This document shows positions 1 to 6,206 of a stretch of 28,456 nucleotides of DNA, in pieces. A program made the translations under genes and the position numbers. This stretch comes from a virus (lineage: Duplodnaviria > Heunggongvirae > Uroviricota > Caudoviricetes). Numbering within the stretch: position 1 is the stretch's first letter; each line of letters begins with the position of its first letter. The notes under the pieces were generated by a model that saw nothing but the letters and a program-made list of their open reading frames with translations, made no database searches and was not told the DNA's origin. The DNA lies in IMG/VR virus record IMGVR_UViG_3300021255_004328. One strand, written 5' to 3'.

Positions 1-392
1 TCATAAAAGTCTTCCAGCGTCAATTCACAATTTTTCAAAATATGTTCAATTGCGACATCACCACTTTTTGCTCTGAACAAAAAACGCCACTTATCATCAC
101 CGCCTCCGACAACGGGAGCATACTGTGTCATAACAATTCTATCACTAACAGTGCGATACACTTTAATAGGATAGACATTTTCAAGATGTTCAGAAACATC
201 TTTTTTATCAATAACATCATACAAGTCTGGGAGCGCGCTGTCAAAGCAGAGACGCCAATCACTAGGAGTAATCATATTATCTGGCTTAAAATTATGCTGC
301 GCTCTCCAATTAAGAATGTCTGAGTCTTTAATGATGTTTGAAATCCAATCATCTGTTTTTCGATACTCTTCAAGTGATATAAGTTTTGGCAT
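1..392 (-). CDS. Hypothetical protein, runs off the left edge (>130 aa, MPKLISLEEYRKTDDWISNII...)
   Basis: Not in the ORF track. ATG at 392-390 overlaps the TAA of the CYTH gene (TAATG), with GAGGAG upstream. The frame is open to base 1. Confidence 0.8.
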   Translation of the reverse strand, partial: MPKLISLEEYRKTDDWISNIIKDSDILNWRAQHNFKPDNMITPSDWRLCFDSALPDLYDVIDKKDVSEHLENVYPIKVYRTVSDRIVMTQYAPVVGGGDDKWRFLFRAKSGDVAIEHILKNCELTLEDFY

Positions 393-1030
393 TATGACTC
401 CTCTTCGATAATTGTAGGCCAGTCTCTTTTATCAAATTCTTTGATACCGAGACACCAAAAATACTGTTCAATTTCAGACTGTGCTTGACGCTTTTCATTA
501 TTATCTGCATCATCAGAAACGATTGTTTCAATTTCAAGGAAGGGACCCACGCCACTTACATTGACAATTTCGCAATGAAGCTCGTGTTTCATTTTGTCGC
601 CTTGAACATAAAAAGAAACTGAGTTTTTGTTTTTGCTGAAATAAGGCTTAAAGTTTGCAACTGCCATCGCGTGACGGAAAGCGCAAGCAGCGTCTTCTGA
701 TACTTCACCTTCGTATTCTTCATTCATTTCAACGCCATTGCAGTCAGTGTTCTTTCTTTTAACTGTAAGGTATGTTTTCATATCACCGATTTGAATATAA
801 CCGCCGTGAATAATATCAAGGAAGGTGCCATCTGTAATCTTTGCTTCAGTTCTTTCACGAACAATGTTTTTAGGCTTAAGAGGAGCGTCACCGTTGAATG
901 AATAAAAAACATCCTTTTTGAAAAGGCCTTCCCAACCGCCACCTCTTGTGATACGGAAAGAATCAACTTTATCGTTTATACAAAGTTCAGCAATCTCATC
1001 AGAGATTTTTGCTTTCATTTCAATTTCCAC
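392..1030 (-). CDS. cyaB: CYTH-domain protein, class IV adenylate cyclase (CyaB)-like / triphosphate tunnel metalloenzyme
   Basis: N-terminal ExExK motif (EIEMK), RxR (RERTE), basic YLTVKRK strand, EEYE and GxFLEIE (GPFLEIE). GTG start with AGGAG upstream. Confidence 0.8.
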   Translation of the reverse strand: MEIEMKAKISDEIAELCINDKVDSFRITRGGGWEGLFKKDVFYSFNGDAPLKPKNIVRERTEAKITDGTFLDIIHGGYIQIGDMKTYLTVKRKNTDCNGVEMNEEYEGEVSEDAACAFRHAMAVANFKPYFSKNKNSVSFYVQGDKMKHELHCEIVNVSGVGPFLEIETIVSDDADNNEKRQAQSEIEQYFWCLGIKEFDKRDWPTIIEEES

Positions 1031-1431
1031 GATCTTCTCCTTACAACTTTATCAAGAAAGTAACCGTTATCAAAACCGCCAAGTTCTTTGTTCTTCTTTT
1101 TACGGGCTGCTTTTATATCTTCTTTTTTAATGTCGTAGCTTTCACGAAGAACCTTAATAACGTCAAGTAAGTCACCTACTTCTTCGATGACTTTTGCCTT
1201 CAATTTTTCTTCATTTTCCAAAACTGCAAAGTAACTGTTGGCTTCAGTAGTGTAATCTACTAATGCTGCAGCAACTTCTTTTGCTTCTTCAACAACTTTA
1301 TCTGCAAGAGCTTTTGGAAACTTGTCAATGTCCATCGGAACGAAAGTGTAATCAATCACATCAGGATCATTTTTAATTTTATCAGGAATTTTATCCCTTA
1401 CAAGTTTTCGATACTTAACTGTTTTTCTCAT
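1015..1431 (-). CDS. MazG-like all-alpha nucleoside triphosphate pyrophosphohydrolase
   Basis: YRKLVRDKIP N-terminus, KVVEEAKE and EEVGDLLDVI metal-binding helices, and C-terminal KKNKELGGF typical of the phage/house-cleaning MazG family. Confidence 0.85.
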   Translation of the reverse strand: MRKTVKYRKLVRDKIPDKIKNDPDVIDYTFVPMDIDKFPKALADKVVEEAKEVAAALVDYTTEANSYFAVLENEEKLKAKVIEEVGDLLDVIKVLRESYDIKKEDIKAARKKKNKELGGFDNGYFLDKVVRRRSWKLK

Positions 1432-1582
1432 TATGCTTTTTTACCCACGAGTTGACTGTTGAACCAATAGCACACCATAAAACAAGTCCAACAATCCAAA
1501 TAGGAGAGTCAGGAAACTTCTTTTGAAGTGCTTCTATCAAAACCATAGAGCCGCATCCAAAAACGTAACCAGTGATATACAT
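1415..1582 (-). CDS. Small 55-aa membrane protein with two hydrophobic segments
   Basis: Below the ORF-track cutoff. MYITGYVFGCGSMVLIEALQKKFPDSPIWIVGLVLWCAIGSTVNSWVKKHNEKNS, with AAGGAG RBS and a GTTAATAT motif upstream. Confidence 0.7.
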   Translation of the reverse strand: MYITGYVFGCGSMVLIEALQKKFPDSPIWIVGLVLWCAIGSTVNSWVKKHNEKNS

Positions 1583-1600
1583 AAAAACTCCTTATATTTT

Positions 1601-1608
1601 ATATTAAC
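1601..1608 (-). promoter_or_regulatory. GTTAATAT promoter motif (class II)
   Basis: Exact motif between the terminator T-tract and the RBS of the 1582 ORF. Confidence 0.65.
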
Positions 1609-1630
1609 TAAAAGCGGGCCGAAACCCGCT
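1609..1630 (-). terminator. Rho-independent terminator
   Basis: AGCGGGT-TTCG-GCCCGCT followed by TTT, just after the stop of ORF 1638..2036. Confidence 0.8.
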
Positions 1631-1637
1631 GACCTTT

Positions 1638-2036
1638 TTATCTTTCGAACTTAATTGAACGAGCTGTTACTCTCCAACCCTTTCCGTCTTCAGCTCTTAC
1701 GTCAAACGGATACTTGCGGCGGCGAGTATTGTAATCTTCAATTGAACAGAAGCCAAGTCCTGAAACAAACCACTTCTTGCTGAAAATGTCTTCCTTAGGA
1801 ACATCGTTCCATCTTGGATCATTTGCAACAAGATCATTCTTTGCCCACATCATCAGGCGCGGATTGATTTCCTTCTTTCCATTTTCATTGACTGCCTTTG
1901 CCTTAATTGTCATTGACAAGTCATAATCACCATAACGCATATTACTTGGTGCAAGAGTGAAGCCATACTTCTTAAGTACCTCATTTACTGCGGCATTGAT
2001 TTCCTCGTGAAGTTTTGCAGCAACTGATCTTTCCAT
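1638..2036 (-). CDS. Hypothetical protein (probable early gene)
   Basis: 132-aa ORF with AAGGAG RBS, a class I promoter upstream and a terminator downstream. Confidence 0.85.
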   Translation of the reverse strand: MERSVAAKLHEEINAAVNEVLKKYGFTLAPSNMRYGDYDLSMTIKAKAVNENGKKEINPRLMMWAKNDLVANDPRWNDVPKEDIFSKKWFVSGLGFCSIEDYNTRRRKYPFDVRAEDGKGWRVTARSIKFER

Positions 2037-2067
2037 AATTTACTCCTTATTGATTTGTTACAATAAT

Positions 2068-2096
2068 AATATAAAAAGAAATTATTAGAAGTTTAA
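2068..2096 (-). promoter_or_regulatory. Class I (early-type) promoter TTAAAC-N17-TATATT
   Basis: TTAAAC at 2096-2091, 17-nt spacer, TATATT at 2073-2068, then ATTATTGTAA. Same layout at three other sites. Confidence 0.75.
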
Positions 2097-2115
2097 ATAA
2101 ATTTATCCTCAATTC

Positions 2116-2151
2116 TCATATTTATTCCCTCCATTATAGTTCAAAAATTCG
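2116..2151 (-). repeat. 36-bp exact repeat, copy 1 (minus strand CGAATTTTTGAACTATAATGGAGGGAATAAATATGA)
   Basis: Identical to 24002..24037. Contains TATAAT, GGAGG and an ATG opening an 8-codon minigene MRIEDKFI (2119-2093). Confidence 0.95.
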
Positions 2152-2180
2152 CAGTTTTTGATTTTTGTTAATTTAATTAT

Positions 2181-2393
2181 ATGTTTAAGCTGATTATCGC
2201 CCACGGTGACATAGGAAAGCGTATCGAAAAGTATGGACCATTAGAAAGAGGTGAATTGTTTTATGATACAATTGAAGGCCTTTTACTTATAGGACTTGGA
2301 CACGGTCAGATGGATGCTTTTAAGGGTGTTTCAGTTTCTGAAGATTGCTCAAAAATAAATAATATTCCGTTGCAAATGCCGCCACACGGTTAA
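2181..2393 (+). CDS. Small protein with a tail-fibre N-terminal-like GELxYDT..LxIG motif; probably leaderless
   Basis: LERGELFYDTIEGLLLIGLG resembles the GE.G.ETDT.K.KIGDG motif at fibre N-termini. GTTAATTT-N6-ATG upstream, no SD. Confidence 0.5.
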   Translation: MFKLIIAHGDIGKRIEKYGPLERGELFYDTIEGLLLIGLGHGQMDAFKGVSVSEDCSKINNIPLQMPPHG

Positions 2394-2396
2394 TAT
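2389..2396 (+). promoter_or_regulatory. GTTAATAT promoter motif (class II) upstream of the clamp gene
   Basis: Exact motif overlapping the upstream stop codon, 30 nt before the ATG at 2427. Confidence 0.6.
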
Positions 2397-2426
2397 AAAA
2401 ATAAATAATTTTTTCAAGAGGTTAAG

Positions 2427-3650
2427 ATGAAATTTACAATTTCTAAAGCTGAACTTGCAAAGTTGAATACTTTGGTAAAGACATCACAGGTAATCTCTGA
2501 TGTTTCTATTAAGGCATCTCACTTTATGTTCAAAGTTGACAACGACAGCTTGTCTTGTTCAATTTACGGCAGCGGAAATGCCGTAACATTTTCCGTAAAC
2601 GTAACAGCCGTTTCAAAAGATCCTAACGAAAAGGGATATTTTAATGTTGATGTAAATCAGATGATTCAGGCAATGGAAAAAGTTGCCGCTGCTTCAGGAA
2701 ACGATGAAGTCACAGCCGATGTAGGCGCAAATAAGATTTCAGTTTCTGCAGGAAAATCAAAGATTTCCGTAAATCTTTTTGATGTGCTTGATGATGCTGA
2801 ATTCGATGAAGCTTTTGCTGCAATTGATACAAAGAAAGCAGAAAAGTTTGTTGCAACTGACCCATCATTTGCACTTATCACAAATGAGGTTGTTTCATTC
2901 CTTGAAACAGTTGGTAAGTTTATTTCAATGATTGGTACCGACCGTGTATCAGGTTTGAGTCTTGAAAACAATCACATTCTTTATTGTGACCAAGCATTCT
3001 CAATTATCGACAAGAAAGTTGCTGATACATTGACAAAAGGCGACAAAGTTTTCATTCCGCAGTCTATCTTTGGATTGCTTACTGCAATTCACAAACTTTC
3101 AGGTAATTTCAATATCACATATTCTGATTGTGAACAGTACATTTACATTGATGTGCCAAACATCAATTTCAGAGCCGTTATTGCTGCTCCTCAGACATTG
3201 TGTGAATACCCTGAAGCATCAGTTCTTGCACAGATTGCACCTGACCCAGCAACATCTCTTGCATTTGATGTTGACATTAAGACTTTGCTTACAAAGATGC
3301 AAATGTTTGATGGTGTATTCCCTGCTTCACAGTGGCGTTGGAAGACAATCGAATTCTATTATGTTGCTGCAGAGAAAGCTTTGAATATGCGTTACAACAA
3401 TATGTGCGCCGAAGTTGATACTGACCTTCCTGTAGAGTCAATCGGAACAACAGGAGCAGTTGGTGACTTCTCATTCCGCCTTGCATCAATTTTGATTGCT
3501 GATTACTTGAGCAAACTTGTTGATGGCTCAACTGCAAAAGTTCTTGTTTCTCCGTTTGCAGAAGATCAGGAACACGGTGTAGGTGTAACATTTGAGGTTG
3601 GAGACTTCAAGCTTGTAACTTCAAAAGTTGTTGCTGATACAGACCTTTAA
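2427..3650 (+). CDS. dnaN: DNA polymerase III beta-type sliding clamp, divergent phage copy
   Basis: MKFTISKAEL N-terminus and a three-domain repeat pattern: AEFD at the end of domain I, VFIPQSIFGLL and EYPEASVL in domain II, FSFRLASILIADYL in domain III. 407 aa. Confidence 0.75.
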   Translation: MKFTISKAELAKLNTLVKTSQVISDVSIKASHFMFKVDNDSLSCSIYGSGNAVTFSVNVTAVSKDPNEKGYFNVDVNQMIQAMEKVAAASGNDEVTADVGANKISVSAGKSKISVNLFDVLDDAEFDEAFAAIDTKKAEKFVATDPSFALITNEVVSFLETVGKFISMIGTDRVSGLSLENNHILYCDQAFSIIDKKVADTLTKGDKVFIPQSIFGLLTAIHKLSGNFNITYSDCEQYIYIDVPNINFRAVIAAPQTLCEYPEASVLAQIAPDPATSLAFDVDIKTLLTKMQMFDGVFPASQWRWKTIEFYYVAAEKALNMRYNNMCAEVDTDLPVESIGTTGAVGDFSFRLASILIADYLSKLVDGSTAKVLVSPFAEDQEHGVGVTFEVGDFKLVTSKVVADTDL

Positions 3651-3670
3651 TCTCTTGAAGATTTGAATAT

Positions 3671-3700
3671 AAGGGAGTCGGTAAAGCCGACTCTCTTTTT
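3671..3700 (+). terminator. Rho-independent terminator
   Basis: GGGAGTCGG-TAAAG-CCGACTCTC followed by TTTTT, after the clamp gene. Confidence 0.85.
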
Positions 3701-3702
3701 GT

Positions 3703-3710
3703 GTTAATAT
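3703..3710 (+). promoter_or_regulatory. GTTAATAT promoter motif (class II), leaderless geometry
   Basis: GTTAATAT-ACATTT-ATG(3717), no SD, directly abutting the terminator T-tract. Confidence 0.7.
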
Positions 3711-3716
3711 ACATTT

Positions 3717-4478
3717 ATGGTAGATTTTGATATTAAGCATTACTTAAATGAAGACGCAAACTTTGAGTATGACCCAGATAGATTTGAAGGCGTATTTTAT
3801 GGTGAGTTTGAAAATAAGCCTGAAACGGAACAAGAACTTTTAACATTACAGGCAGAATACTTGAAAACAAGAGACCAAGCTATATGGCAGAAAATGTTTG
3901 GCATTTGTTGGTCTTATATGAAGTCTTTGATACTTCAAAGAATTCAAAAGAAAGCAGAAGGCTATAAAGATCCTGAAGTTGTTGATGATAGAACAACATC
4001 TGCAACACTCGCTTTTATGAGTCAGTATTTGACAAGACCTGATTTTGAAGTTGGCACATCTTTCGCAGGTATGATGAAGTGGAAGATTGTTGAAGTTCTT
4101 TACAAAGACAAAAATCCAAAAAAGAAAGGCGGAGAACCTATATCGTTATCTTTGGAAATTTCTGATGATGGCAAAGCAACTCTTGAAGACTTGATTGCTG
4201 CAGAAGGTCCTGTGTATTCGCCTGAAGATGCAATTTGTCGAAGAAGTCCTTATGAGATTATCAATGAAATACTTGAAGAACTCGACGAAACACTTGACTG
4301 TGAAAACAGAGAATACATAAGAAACATTGTTCGTTTATACATTGTACTTTGTATGAGACATCCTAAAAACAGACACGCAAAGAAAATGTTTTTGGATAAG
4401 TGGGCAAAGAATTATAAAATCGAAAAGCTTATTGATTATGTTATGCTTGAAATAAGAAACCGTTTGTATGAGGGTTAA
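3717..4478 (+). CDS. Phage sigma70-family RNA polymerase sigma factor, divergent region 4
   Basis: Region-2-like (DQAIWQKMF...FEVGTSFAGMMKWKIVEVL) and region-3-like (ISLSLEISDDGKATLEDLI...SPED) segments, and a C-terminal helix IEKLIDYVMLEIRNRL. Confidence 0.7.
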   Translation: MVDFDIKHYLNEDANFEYDPDRFEGVFYGEFENKPETEQELLTLQAEYLKTRDQAIWQKMFGICWSYMKSLILQRIQKKAEGYKDPEVVDDRTTSATLAFMSQYLTRPDFEVGTSFAGMMKWKIVEVLYKDKNPKKKGGEPISLSLEISDDGKATLEDLIAAEGPVYSPEDAICRRSPYEIINEILEELDETLDCENREYIRNIVRLYIVLCMRHPKNRHAKKMFLDKWAKNYKIEKLIDYVMLEIRNRLYEG

Positions 4479-4480
4479 AA

Positions 4481-5008
4481 TTGAGCTCAAATGATACACT
4501 TGCAGATGCAGTAAATGCAATGTCTTCGATGATAGTAGGGAACACATCTCGTGGTGGCGCTTCATCAATGGTTGCAGGTTCACAAGTTGCAAATTTATTT
4601 AACACGCTCCAATCACAGCAAAATGATTATGTTGAAAAAGCAATCAAACTCAAACTTAGTGTAAAAGGCAAAGATTATGATTGGGAAGTTGATGCAGGCT
4701 TAAACGGTAAATCAATAAAACAGGCTGTGAATGAAATCAATACTGTCTTTTATCCATTTTTATTATCTCAATATGTAGAAGAGATGTATGTTCCACCCGC
4801 TGTTTTAAGTTATCTAAAATTATTATCATTATATGAGTCACATAGGGTTATCCCAAGAAATCCAGATATTTATCTTGCAGGTTATATAAATGATATTAAA
4901 ATTTATAGAATGCCTGAAGAAGTTTTCAAAGATGATTTCACTTGTGTATGCCACACAAAATACGACGAATGGACTAAAGCAAAGATTACGAATGTCTCCG
5001 GTTACTAA
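4481..5008 (+). CDS. Short protein resembling the C-terminal (A-domain) half of a T4-like major capsid protein
   Basis: MYVPPAVLSYL and YLAGYINDIKIYRMP recall the gp23-type IxSxxVxxxL and F/YxGxLxGxYKVYxD motifs. TTG start; lies in the virion gene block. Confidence 0.45.
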   Translation: MSSNDTLADAVNAMSSMIVGNTSRGGASSMVAGSQVANLFNTLQSQQNDYVEKAIKLKLSVKGKDYDWEVDAGLNGKSIKQAVNEINTVFYPFLLSQYVEEMYVPPAVLSYLKLLSLYESHRVIPRNPDIYLAGYINDIKIYRMPEEVFKDDFTCVCHTKYDEWTKAKITNVSGY

Positions 5009-5014
5009 TTTTTT

Positions 5015-6190
5015 ATGGTTAGTAATGTAGATTATTTGTTATCTTTAGTTGGTACAAGAAACGACATAATTCGTGATACTTGGGTTTTGCAAGGAACAAT
5101 GATTGCATCCAAAATGACTCGTCGTTACATCAAAGATAATATTTTTCAAGTATCTTGCTCAGAAGGAAAGCCTCTTAATGGCGCTCTTATATATTGTTTA
5201 ACTGATTACGAAGTGGACAATGATATATGGCCTTGCATTGATTGGGACCAATATGAAATTGAAGATATTGATACTTGTTTCATCGGTTCTTTTCAAGGCG
5301 TTCAGTCTCCATTTTTCAAATTATTATTAAAGAAAGAAGACGTCGATGCACTTGCAAATGTCCCAGTAAATGAAGACTTGGATATTTCAGGTAATGATGA
5401 CGGCGGTGTTGTTATAGATGATGAGCAGTTAGGTATTATGCTTACCGAAGTAGGTGTGCCTTTCTTGAGAATTGATGAACTTGAATACACTGCAAATGCA
5501 ATTAAAAAATATTGCTTAAAACCAGTTTTTGATACTTACTTTGGATTTTTCCCAATTATAAAAGAAGATGTTATAGGACAGATGAGCGGCGGAACAGAGT
5601 TCAAAAAAGAGTTCCCTCCTAACGCTTTCGCTGCAGTCCCATATTATGTACTAGGCGCAGGTGGCGGAGCAGAGTTCCGTGGTGCGTTCTCTTTGTATCG
5701 TGAACAGATGATGTATGGTGGCGGTATGATGTCAGGCGGTGGCTTCGGTCGCGGTGTTTCATATCGTAAGCCTGTCCCTGGGTTTGTTGGTTTGCAACAA
5801 GGCGATGCAAATATGAATATGAGAGCAGCACAGCAAGGTTATGTAAATTACTTCAGAAGAGAGCACGTCCGTACAATAAAAGAAAACGGAAAAAGATACT
5901 GCATAGGTTACTCAACAGTAGGCGGCTCTGTAAACGTTAAGTGGCTTTGTTGTTCATATGACTTTGATGATATAAAATTCTCAATCAGAACTGACTTCCG
6001 TAATCTTGGAAAAGCAGCAATCCTTCGTAATTTAGGAATGTTAAGAGCATTGGTAAAATCTGACGTCCCAGGTGCAATCGACTTTTCATTGTATAATTCA
6101 AGAGCCGATACACTCGAGCAAAAAGTAATTGAAAAATGGGAAAAGCAGGCATCTAACCTCGCACTCTCTGTGATGCGCGGAGGATTGTAA
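5015..6190 (+). CDS. Putative virion neck / head-completion protein (T4 gp13-like)
   Basis: C-terminus ILRNLGMLRALVKSDVPGAIDFSLYNSRADTLEQKVIEKW resembles gp13-type tails, with a Gly-rich insert. Immediately upstream of terL. Confidence 0.5.
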   Translation: MVSNVDYLLSLVGTRNDIIRDTWVLQGTMIASKMTRRYIKDNIFQVSCSEGKPLNGALIYCLTDYEVDNDIWPCIDWDQYEIEDIDTCFIGSFQGVQSPFFKLLLKKEDVDALANVPVNEDLDISGNDDGGVVIDDEQLGIMLTEVGVPFLRIDELEYTANAIKKYCLKPVFDTYFGFFPIIKEDVIGQMSGGTEFKKEFPPNAFAAVPYYVLGAGGGAEFRGAFSLYREQMMYGGGMMSGGGFGRGVSYRKPVPGFVGLQQGDANMNMRAAQQGYVNYFRREHVRTIKENGKRYCIGYSTVGGSVNVKWLCCSYDFDDIKFSIRTDFRNLGKAAILRNLGMLRALVKSDVPGAIDFSLYNSRADTLEQKVIEKWEKQASNLALSVMRGGL

Positions 6191-6206
6191 TCCATAAGGG
6201 GGATGT

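Noticed and set aside
42-323. Plus-strand 93-aa ORF and the many other 60-130-aa opposite-strand or alternate-frame ORFs in the track
   Set aside because: They shadow longer genes that have RBSs, coupling and family motifs. Here the real gene is the minus-strand ORF 1..392.
1-392. MITPSDWRLCFDSALPDLYDVI as another member of the PxFF(D/E)G family
   Set aside because: Only the spacing and the Pro fit; the aromatic pair and Gly are missing. Too weak without an HMM.
1597-1611. TTTTATATTAACTAA resembles the start of clostridial type I-B CRISPR repeats as I recall them
   Set aside because: Single 15-nt match, fully explained by the GTTAATAT promoter plus terminator tail, and no cas genes are present.
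2116-2151. 36-bp repeat as a CRISPR repeat or mini-array
   Set aside because: Only two copies 22 kb apart, no spacer-length periodicity, and the content is explained by -10, SD and ATG.
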